A stretch of DNA of 64,000 nucleotides. Source: Macrostomum lignano (taxonomy: Eukaryota). Made by a program: the position numbers and the translations under genes. Location: the NCBI GenBank assembly GCA_002269645.1, contig NIVC01000438.1, forward strand, positions 411,379 through 475,378. Direction: 5' to 3'. Shown piece after piece: positions 50,901 through 60,294 of this stretch; position 1 is the first letter of the stretch; every line of letters starts with the position of its first letter. The notes beneath the pieces are model-generated. The model worked only from the letters and a program-made list of their open reading frames with translations, did no database searches and had not been told where the DNA came from.

Positions 50901-53900
50901 ACCAGCTGTAATTTGGATGGTGACACCAACTGTAGTTTGGATGGTGACACCAACTGTAATTTGGATGGTGACACCAACTGTAATTTTGATGGTGACACAA
51001 ACTGTAGTTTGGATGGTGACACAAACTGTAATTTGGATGGTGACACCAACTGTAATTTGGATGGTGAAACAAACTGTAGTTTGGATGGTGAAACAAACTG
51101 TAATTTGGATGGTGACACCAACTATAATTTGGATGGTGACACCAACTGTAATTTTGATGGTGAAACAAACTGTAGTTTGGATGATGACACCAACTGTAAT
51201 TTGGATGGTGACACCAACTGTAATTTGGATGGTGAAACAAACTGTAATTTGAATGGTGACACCAACTGTAATTTGGATGGTGAAACAAACTGTAGTTTGG
51301 ATGGTGAAACAAACTGTAATTTGGATGATGACACCAACTGTAATTTGGATAGTGACACAAACTGTAATTTGGATGGTGACACAAACTGTAATTTGGGTGG
51401 TGACACCAACTGTAATTTGGATGGTGAAACAAACTGTAGTTTGGATGGTGAAACAAACTGTAATTTGGATGGTGACACCAACTATAATTTGGATGGTGAC
51501 ACCAACTGTAATTTTGATGGTGAAACAAACTGTAGTTTGGATGATGACACCAACTGTAATTTGGATGGTGACACCAACTGTAATTTGGATGGTGAAACAA
51601 ACTGTAATTTGGATGATGACACCAACTGTAGTTTGGATGGTGACACAAACTGTAATTTGGATGATGACACCAACTGTAGTTTGGATGGTGACACAAACTG
51701 TAGTTTGGATGGTGACACAAACTGTAGTTTGGATGGTGACGCATTGGATTGTGACACAATTTAGACTATTTCCCCAAAATAGTCTAAAATCTTGCAAACA
51801 GGCTGGCCGGTGCAAGTTAAACAAAAGCAAGAGTACAATATTTCAATTCCGTCACCTGGCCATTGAAATTTCCAACGCCTCCAACAGAGCATCCAGCATA
51901 GCGGCATTGGAAACTAAAGCCGCCGCTCGCTCCCCTGCGTGGTTCTCTTTGGCAAGCCACTCCGTGAGCAGATCGACCGACAATCCATTCAGCAGGGCGT
52001 TGAGCACCGGCCGAACCACAGTCTGACCGTCGGCAGTTGACGGAATTGATGCGGCGAGCCGGTGCATAGCGGTGTTACCGGTGATGTCTGTCTGATGAAG
52101 CCGATCGCAGCCTCTGGACAGCAAGTAATTGATGACTTTTGGATCACCGCCGCGACCGCAACAACGCGTTAGCGCCGTGTCGCCCCATTTATTGTAGGCG
52201 TCGATCGCTTGAATGGTAACAACTTCGATCCTGTCGTCTTCTTGTCGGAGCAGTTTTTTTCTGTATTCGAGGAGCCAATCGGCCACGGTGAAACTGTGCG
52301 ACTCCACGGCCAAGAAAAATAGCGGGCAGTCTGGAAAAAGTAAGAAACCGAGTGCTATATTAACTTCGTAGGGCCAGAGAACATCAGCGGTAAAGCGTCT
52401 GACTCTCGCATTGAACTGTCCTGGATTTAGACGTTGTGCCCGAAAATTAATCAAGGGTTGCCTTATGATTTACTTAGGGGCACGCGAGCCGAACCCTCAA
52501 GACAAGTGTCCTGCGTTAGTGTGTTCCTGCGCACGTATCCGTTTGAGTGCTGTGAGGTCGGTGGAATCGGTCTGACTAACTCGCTTACTTTCTACCTTTC
52601 TCTCGGGTCAACTGTCCATTTCGTAATTTGCGACAGTGGTCAAAGCCCTATGTGAACTTCGAAGTTTTACATCAAAGAAAGCTAGACGTGTGCTACATGT
52701 ACTTGTACACACTCACTTACGTCATCAAAATCTCGATCTGACTGTGACCGAGGGACCGAGAAGTACCAAGTTACCTCGCTAACTCAGTGTAAACTTACCT
52801 TCTCCTCTGCCGTCAGCTTCTGCCAGTACAGCCTCCGCGACATCATTTGAATTACTCTGGTTTCGTTCTCCAACGAAATCGTCCAATACGCACAGATAGT
52901 TGTTAACAGCGGCCTTCCTCATTCGACTGCGCAGCCAGGCGCTGTAATGCGGTCCATCTCGTGCCAGTCGCTGCTCCGGCCACTCAGGATGCAGCCAGCA
53001 GACAACGCGCAGACGGCCAGTTCTGGCTGTCCAGCGAACGCCGAAGCACACTCGATGGCTATCCGATATTTCACTGTCGATGGCGTCGAAAATTTCTTCG
53101 TCGCCGGTACTGTTAACGCCGTTAACATCAGTGATCATCAAGGTCTCCCGGTTGTTGCGCTGTTCAACGGGACGTTTTTTGGAGCAGTGTTGAAATGAAA
53201 ACAATATGACGCTGCATGTGCTTGTACACACTCATGTCATCGAAATCTCTATGTGACTGTGCTCATGCCAGTGACCTTGGATACCTATGCCATTAACAGA
53301 TGGGGTGACTGTGCTCATGCCAGTGACCTTGGATACCTATGCCATTAACAGATGGGGTGACTGTGCTCATGCCAGTGACCTTGGATACCTATGCCATTAA
53401 CAGATGGGGTGACTGTGCTCATGCCAGTGACCTGGATACCTATGCCATTAACAGCTGGGTGACTGTGCTCATGCCAGTGACCCTGGAAACCTATGCCATT
53501 TATAAATTGGGTGACTATGTCCATGAGAACCATCTAAATTATCAAATATATATTTTGCCAGTAAAAAATACAAATGACATTTGTTAACTACCTTTCTTCT
53601 AAGCTCCGTCAGCATTTTACCCGCTCGAAACACGAATTGATGTCCGAATTCACCGCTAGTCACTTCGATTTTCGAGGGAAAATCGGCTCTAGGGGTTCGA
53701 GTCCAGGCCTCATTCCAGACTGGCTGATTCGGGGCCTCCGCAGATGATGGGTCTTGGGAGAAGTGGAATGCTAGCATGCCCTGCTCAGGATGAGCAGCCG
53801 CTTTGCCGTGAAAGTCTTTGTCGAAGCCCATCTCTGTTCTGAAAGACTCAACCGTGGTCAATATTTGATGAAGCAGGCTCTTCAACTCATTCGAGGACGA

Positions 53901-54086
53901 ACTGCCACTTTTTGGCAGGGGAGCATCGCAGACTTTGGTTTGCATGCCGAACGACTTTCGATTGTAAACTGTAACAGTGGACGCCGTCTGCGCCTCGTTG
54001 GACGCAAAATCGAGCGACATCAGCGGGTCGCCCAGCTTGCTGAACTGAATGCTGCATGACGTCAGCTGCATGGCAGGACAACTCAT
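35995..54086 (-). CDS. TRP cation channel: N-terminal ankyrin repeats plus TRPM-type pre-S1/S1-S6/TRP box. Approx. exons 54086-53592, ~53160-52799, 52330-51856, 44139-~43485, ~43030-42817, ~42690-~42570, 40876-40565, 40445-39933, 38946-38651, 38505-38270, 37531-36870, 36138-35995
   Basis: Ankyrin motifs (KWGDTALTRCC, ITGNTAMHRLA, QFGYTPMHAACQTG); S3 YLSYRWNLVDI; S4-S5 RLGLYISITKTTIMMDVIPFL..FLASFGILIVCLLFP; pore FGEF; S6 VLINVLIAKL; TRP box IWRSFRAQLLAEF. Most junctions are phase compatible; those at 43.5-42.6 kb and the true start are uncertain. Confidence 0.85.
36190..36760. repeat. ~27-31-bp minisatellite (CCCAGATCCTCAGTTGCTGGGCCAGCCT), last TRP intron
   Basis: Direct sequence. Confidence 0.92.
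37630..38245. repeat. 21-bp minisatellite (CATTTTACAGGTGTATTCCTA)n, TRP intron
   Basis: About 29 units. Confidence 0.96.
39045..39855. repeat. 17-bp near-perfect minisatellite (CTCGGTCATCGTGTCTG)n, TRP intron
   Basis: About 47 units; degenerate seed units at 39000-39060. Confidence 0.97.
40905..42495. repeat. Composite C/T/G minisatellite (CTCTGTGTC, CTCTGCGTC, CTGTGCTCTCTC modules), TRP intron
   Basis: Direct sequence; the 600-aa ORFs here are artefacts. Confidence 0.95.
43065..43480. repeat. 13-bp minisatellite (GACACCTGTCTGT)n, TRP intron
   Basis: About 31 units. Confidence 0.96.
44255..51755. repeat. 7.5-kb 24/23-bp satellite (TTGGATGGTGACACAAACTGTAAT)n with higher-order duplications, TRP intron
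   Basis: About 310 units; identical ORF translations recur at fixed offsets of 3028, 1263 and 359 bp. Confidence 0.98.
53255..53525. repeat. 52-bp tandem repeat, ~5 copies, TRP intron
   Basis: GACTGTGCTCATGCCAGTGACCTTGGATACCTATGCCATTAACAGATGGGGT units. Confidence 0.93.
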
Positions 54087-55168
54087 TTGCCAGTAAGTAT
54101 TGAGAATCCACTGCTGGCAAACTGATTGGATAGTTATATTTTTATCTTAGTTAAATAGGCCACAAAATGGGGAGGTTTCGATTTTCCAAGTTGTTCCAAA
54201 CTGGCCTAAAACTAATTAAGTAGGGGAACGACTGTCTATTGAGGCTTTTGAGTGCACGTTAAGGTTTGATGTACGCAAATTGTGATCTTGATTGGCGGGG
54301 TTACATCACTTAATTAGCCCTTTTTCACCTGTTCATGCACACGCATAAACAATTGAAGTTTTACTGCGTATTCCATGTTCAATAAACTTTGCTTTACGTA
54401 CACGCTGGGTTTGAAAATTTTACTTACCGAGATGCACGATAAAATTGATCAAATTGGTTTCGGTCATTTCAATACACCTGTCAGGACATTTTGCACACTT
54501 TTGTTGTACATGTCATATAGTTTGTCTGATTAAAGAAAATTAAAGAATAGTTCTCATAACTGTAAGCCTTTTATTATTTAAATGCGCGAATGATTTAATT
54601 ATGCAGCATAGGAAAGTAAATGTTCAAAAGTACACATCCACTTAGTGATAAGGTGTCAGAGAGACAGCAACAGTGATGCAATACAAACCACGTCACGGGC
54701 GCTCTAAAGTTTGCCGCCCAAACTAATCAAAATTCCACACCGCACGCCACTACAGCCGGGCTTTCAGTCTGCTTGTGGCACAAAGAGACTCTTGTTAGCT
54801 TCACAGATCTCTCAGCTTCATCTATCTCAAGTAAATATTAATTTTTGTGTTTTTGAGTCAAAGACCCCTTACATGAATATCGAGTGAATTCCCGTGAATC
54901 GGTCGTGAGCTATTTCTGAGTTGTGTTATTCTAAAGCAAAAATGCCCATAGTTCTCAGGATGAGTGTTGCGTCGACAAATCGGGAGCTAGAAGGCTGGTG
55001 GGGACTCGCTTCAACAAAGCAATTTGGTGGCAACTAGGAGCATCGCGAGTGCAACTCAAAAGAATCTCACACACAGGGAGAAAAAATGATTTTATGATGA
55101 AACTGAAAACTTTGTCGAGTTGAAAACTTGAAAGAAAATGATTTCAAGATGATGTTTCGGTGGCTTGG

Positions 55169-55445
55169 AGGTTGTGGCCCAGTGGTTAGAGCGTCGGACT
55201 CACGACTTGCAGTTGCAGGTCAGGGGTTCGATTTTCGACTCCACTCAGAACAATTTGTCCTGGAGAAAGAGAAAGACACTTAACTCTGCATTACTTCAGT
55301 TCACCCCGCTGTAATCTGTGCGCCAGCATTAGCTGAGATAATTGAGAATGTGTGTTAACCCCCCCTCCTCATTAGTTGCAGCTGAGCTGTCGGTTGCACA
55401 TCTGCTTATTGGGACAGGTGTAATCAAATATTAATATTATATTGT
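55169..55445 (+). mobile_element. SINE family 2: tRNA-derived head, CORE-like domain, (ATT)n tail
   Basis: A box TGGCCCAGTGG, B box GGTTCGATT, then GACACTTAACTCTGCATTACTTCAGTTCACCCCGCTGTAA resembling the CORE domain of invertebrate SINEs. Confidence 0.78.
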
Positions 55446-56213
55446 TTCTATTCTATCTTCTTTTCACTATTTTTGTTGTAATGATGTGTTCCTTATTACC
55501 CGACTTTCGATAATCAAAGAACAATCACTTCTAGCTCAGTAGCTAGGCAACCCAGTAAGTCAACAGAAGGTATTCAATTACCTTGAGTCCTTATGAGATA
55601 TTTCTTCAATGTGGATCTCGTGTAGATCTCGTTTGTAGTCACTTCTGATTGTCGTTCGTAGGTCGGGTCCGAGTCTTCTTTCCTTCTTCAAATAGTTCCG
55701 GCCGGATTCTGTCGCTCGGACCAATAGGAAGCTTCAGATCATTAACAATGGGATCCCTGCGCCAAACTGCGGTCTGAATTAAGCCTCCTTCTTCTAGCAG
55801 TGCCTCTATGCACTCTAGGTATAGCTCCGGAAACCTCTGATAGTCCTCTAAGACCTATCAGGGGCAGTCCTTCTAGAGACTGCAACCAGTAGAGTCTAAA
55901 CAGACTCAAGAGTCTCAACAGACTCAAATAAACTCAAGTCTCAATCGTTGTAACGCACTGGGACCGCTGATTATTTATCCATTGCTATTTCTGCAGTTGA
56001 AGTACAAAGTGCAGCTTCTACTTTTACACTGAGTCTTTTCTTCGGGCCAGAGACTACACATAACGGGTGTCCCAAAAAAAGGTAACACTTTGTGCGCTCA
56101 CTGTGAGTGAGCAGTTAGGCCTATAGCACAGAAATTTAACAGGTCCACAGTAAACATTTGTAAGTTTTTCCCACAAACATTTGGTTGCGAAAAATTGCTC
56201 CAGAGGCGAGTTA

Positions 56214-56307
56214 TTGAGCACAGAAGTGTACGCTAGCTTTTCTGCCAAGCTTTGCCATACACAGCTGCCATAGACAATCTTTTGCTAGCGTACACTTCTG
56301 TGCTCAA
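56214..56307. repeat. Perfect 24-bp inverted repeat with 46-nt spacer
   Basis: TTGAGCACAGAAGTGTACGCTAGC (56214-56237) and GCTAGCGTACACTTCTGTGCTCAA (56284-56307). Confidence 0.9.
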
Positions 56308-56707
56308 AAACCGATGAGTCTTGTGAGTCCTCTAAAGCACACGGAGTGAAGTCTATCATCATTGACGGTCCTATAAAATTGAAATCCTGCCTGTTGAGTG
56401 CGTGCAGACTTTCTTGAAGCTAGCATAGAAAACTATTAAGAAGAAGCATGAGTTATGCGTTATTTGTATTCCGTTTTTCTCATTTTCTATTTGCGAAATT
56501 AGATACAAATTTCTTATGGTACAACTTTTCTTTTCCCACGACCAATAAATCATTTATTGGGCTCCGTTTGAAGACCATTAAATGATATATTGGTCCCGGT
56601 ACGAAAGTAGTTGTACCATAGACTATTGATTCCTTGCTGCGAAGGCGCCCATTAAACGTAAATTAAATAAGCAATCGGATTGTCTCAGTCAGACAAAATC
56701 GCGCACG

Positions 56708-58492
56708 ATGCATCTGCTTCTGGTCGAATGGAGGAGGCCCGGCTGTTTTCAAAGTACGACATGCTTAAAAAGAATAACCATCGGATTTATAATTGCAATG
56801 CTGACTGTAATAAGTATAAAAACTGTAATTCTACGCAGTGGATCCAGTAAGTTCGTTGCTCAATTGAGCCAATATACACAAACTTCCGAAACTTTAACAC
56901 GTAAACCAGGGAGCAGCTTTTTATCCTTAGGAACACCTGCGCAATGGCTCTGGAATGTTGACATGGCTCGACACCAACTGCAAAGCAAAACAAAACCAGA
57001 GTTGGAAAATATGCTCAAGCAGATGCTGAAGCAGTCAACGGAGCTCTGTCACGACAATAACCAGACTGCAATGGTTAAAAACGGTAAAAATACCACTGGC
57101 TACAACGTGTGCACGGCGGGCCAATACAGTCCAACTCAGCCTTGCTACGTCTTCTCATTCAGCGAAAATGTGACGTCTCCAGTATTCGAAGAACACTTCT
57201 CCACAGTTCATGGCTGCTATGTATTGTCATTTTACCCGAAAATGACGCGATCTAGTCGACTGCACAGTGAACGCATTCTACTGCTCAGAGAGGGTCTAGG
57301 TAACTTCACTACTAACGACATTGTCGGTACCAACACTTATCTCGGCTACCTAAAGCGCTTCAAAGCCGATAAATCAGTGATCGACGTGTTGAAAATCGAC
57401 ATCCAGTCAGGAAATTTTTCACTGCTGAAAACTGCCGCGACTGACGGTTCGCTGGGACTAACAAAGCAGCTACTCTTGAATATTGAATTCGACGTAACAA
57501 AGTCTCCGACGTCTGACGAGCTTCAAAGAAATATTCGTGCTCTGATGGAACTGAAAAGTGTTGGATTTCGACAATGGAATGTAAGTGCACTTAAAGCAAA
57601 CACCTCAATAGGTGCCAGTATAGTGCACCTAAGCTACATTAACGTCAATTTCCTAAGCAGCCACTCTGCCAATATCAAACTGACGAACGACATTGGAAGC
57701 TTTATTGACTTTCCTCTGAAGAATGATCCAATTTTCAAAGGACAGCACTGTGATCAAATTCGTGTAGCACTCCGAGCTAACCTCGCTGCCATGTCTCAGA
57801 CCCAATTGGAATATCTGTACTATCAGCTAGTAGAGCAGCAGCATATCTTCTGCCCTAATAGCAAGCGAATCGGGTCCATAAAGGATGGCGGTTGGGATGT
57901 CTGCTTCAGCAAGCCCTTTGACATTCGTCGGTCAAAAGGCTGCATCGCCTTCTCGTTCGGGATCAATGACGTTTGGGAATACGATGACGAGTTAGCGGAC
58001 AGATTCGGCTGCCGAGTGTTCATGTTTGACCCCAGCATGCTAGGCGTGAAGGATCACAGGCGTAAGAACAGTTCCTGGTTCTACAGCATCGGTCTGTCGT
58101 CAAACAATGAAACCTCATCCGAAGGATGGAAGATGCGCTCTCTGTGCCAACTGTTTCAGGAACTTGTGCCGGGCAATTCGACTATCGACATTCTCAAGAT
58201 TGACATCGAATATGCAGAATGGGACTCGCTAGCGCAGGCTTTACAAGAGGGCTGCCTGGCTAGGGTGAAGCAGCTTCTGTTTGAGACGCACACGGACGGC
58301 TACTTTTACAGAGCATCTAACTACCGTCGGTTCGTAAGGATTCTTTTGGACATTTTCAACATCGGCTTTCGAACTTGGAAATGGGACATGAACCCCTGGT
58401 CAGGATTATATAAATCATACAGCGGCTTGAAAAGACCCTGCTGTTATGAGCTGTATATGCTGAATACTAATTTTATTAAAAATATCCAGTAA
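56708..58492 (+). CDS. Intronless type II membrane protein with two Methyltransf_22/FkbM-like (METTL24-like) domains
   Basis: N-terminal TM (ITIGFIIAMLTVISI). Domain 2: RIGSIKDGGWDVC, CIAFSFGI, GCRVFMFDPSM, IDILKIDIEYAEW, VKQLLFETH. Domain 1 is a degenerate copy (GYNVC, CYVFSFS, GCYVLSFYP, IDVLKIDIQ). Confidence 0.88.
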   Translation: MHLLLVEWRRPGCFQSTTCLKRITIGFIIAMLTVISIKTVILRSGSSKFVAQLSQYTQTSETLTRKPGSSFLSLGTPAQWLWNVDMARHQLQSKTKPELENMLKQMLKQSTELCHDNNQTAMVKNGKNTTGYNVCTAGQYSPTQPCYVFSFSENVTSPVFEEHFSTVHGCYVLSFYPKMTRSSRLHSERILLLREGLGNFTTNDIVGTNTYLGYLKRFKADKSVIDVLKIDIQSGNFSLLKTAATDGSLGLTKQLLLNIEFDVTKSPTSDELQRNIRALMELKSVGFRQWNVSALKANTSIGASIVHLSYINVNFLSSHSANIKLTNDIGSFIDFPLKNDPIFKGQHCDQIRVALRANLAAMSQTQLEYLYYQLVEQQHIFCPNSKRIGSIKDGGWDVCFSKPFDIRRSKGCIAFSFGINDVWEYDDELADRFGCRVFMFDPSMLGVKDHRRKNSSWFYSIGLSSNNETSSEGWKMRSLCQLFQELVPGNSTIDILKIDIEYAEWDSLAQALQEGCLARVKQLLFETHTDGYFYRASNYRRFVRILLDIFNIGFRTWKWDMNPWSGLYKSYSGLKRPCCYELYMLNTNFIKNIQ

Positions 58493-58879
58493 GTGCGCTG
58501 CCTCTGGTAGTTTTCTTTGAAGTAAAGTTTAAAATTAAAACAATGTTCATTCAAGCAGCTTTTTGTTCAAAAGCGCATTTTAGCGTCCTAAAACTACAGT
58601 TATGTAGTTTGTATTTCAGTTGGTCTAGGGTAACCCACTTTTTCAAGAACTCCTTGTGTTTGAGTGTATAGTTTTAGCGTCCATTTTTTATTTGCTGAAC
58701 CTCATTTTGCGTAGTGTATGGCGGACGTTTAAGGCAGAATTAAAATACAAACTTTGCACGCGACTTCACACTACACATGCAGTATGTGCAACGAACCATT
58801 TTTGATTTCTTTTTGTTTTTAGATTCAGCTATATGATTGTATCAGCTGATTGTCAATAACTAGAAGCTTGCTGAAACTG

Positions 58880-58885
58880 TCTGCC

Positions 58886-58918
<33 letters not shown>

Positions 58919-59150
58919 TAGTGTCGGTCTTAGTGTCTGACTGTCTGTCTGCCTGTCTGTCTGTCTGTCTATCTGTCTGTCTGTCTGCCTGTCTGTCTTA
59001 GTGTCGGTCTTAGTGTCTGTCTGTCTGTCTGCCTGTCTGTCTTAGTGTCGGTCTTAGTGTCTGTCTGTCTGTCTATCCGTCTGTCTATCTGCTGTCTTAG
59101 TGTCTGCCTGTCTTAGTGTCTGTCTGCCTGTGTTGGTGTCTGTTTGTTTG
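58880..59150. repeat. (CTGT)n microsatellite interrupted by CTTAGTGTCGGT units
   Basis: Direct sequence, between the convergent methyltransferase and P4H-like genes. Confidence 0.9.
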
Positions 59151-59610
59151 TCCGTCGGTCTCTCTGTCTGTTACAGAATCAAAGATGTAATAATTAGTGT
59201 TTAGTATATGTAAAGTAACCCAAAAGATTGGTAAACTTTTTGAATCTTTTTGAATCGAAAAGGAAAAGGAGAAGGAAAGTTGTATGCCATGGCAAATAAT
59301 CTAATGCATTTAAAGATAAAATGAATAATGATTTTGTCAAGTTTTTTTGGAAGAAATTATTGAGTTAACTTATTTTCGATCAAAATTTAAATATCAGCAT
59401 TTGCAGTGAAGCGTTAATGAAGCAATATTTTAAATACGAAGCTTAGCGATTTAATGATCTGCGCTTGGCTTGTGCTAACATATAGTTGAACCAAATGACC
59501 TAAACCGTCAACTATTTTGCTTCAATCACTTAAAACGAAACTACGGGAGTAATTAGACGTAATTAATTATGCGGTAAATTTAAAAAAATCGGCTTCAACG
59601 CATTGAAAAA

Positions 59611-60122
59611 CTATTCATAGTCTTCTTCGCCACTATCAGAGTCATCGGTTTCATCAGCATCGTTCGACTCGACCACTAAACTGGACTCGTTCAATGCAGC
59701 TTCTTTTTTAATGCTCTCAGCTGTAGAGTTCTGCTGAGACTTTGACTGCTCCTCCAGTGGTACGGTGGAGTCCTGCACTGCTTTGTCTGTAAAATTTCCT
59801 GCTTCTTTAGTTGCGTCAACGTGCGATGTTTCGGTTGAATTCGTGCCATTAACAGTCGTTACATTGTTCGTTGAATTGGTCGTTGCTGGTTCGGGTCTGA
59901 TAAGAGTAGTCCAGCTTCGGGATACCGAACGACGTCTAGACAGCGTTGCACCTGGCATCCAGTACTCCAGCATCACCTCCTGATCCATTGAGCAGGTGTA
60001 AAGACCCAGTGGGATTCGAGCAACTGCATTTGAGGTGTGCGAGTTTATGCAATATATGCTTCAGCATCAGGTGGACTTTGGTAACTATAATTGATGCTCA
60101 ACAGCACAATTTCTTGCCTTCA

Positions 60123-60198
<76 letters not shown>

Positions 60199-60222
60199 GT
60201 CTATCTGTCTGTCTGTCTGTCC

Positions 60223-60294
<72 letters not shown>

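Noticed and set aside
38963-51830. Dozens of long repetitive ORFs (SARSSCLLGHRVC, RTQRTQ, DGDTNCNL, SPSKLQ, HHPNYS)
   Set aside because: All are frames of intronic satellites, open in several frames and on both strands, with no unique coding flanks.
56074-56100. Tc1-like terminal sequence ACGGGTGTCCCAAAAAAA
   Set aside because: No matching inverted partner or transposase found in the window.
56708-58492. Bacterial horizontal transfer of the intronless methyltransferase
   Set aside because: The type II TM anchor, N-glycosylation sequons and METTL24-like motifs fit an animal family; lack of introns alone is not evidence.
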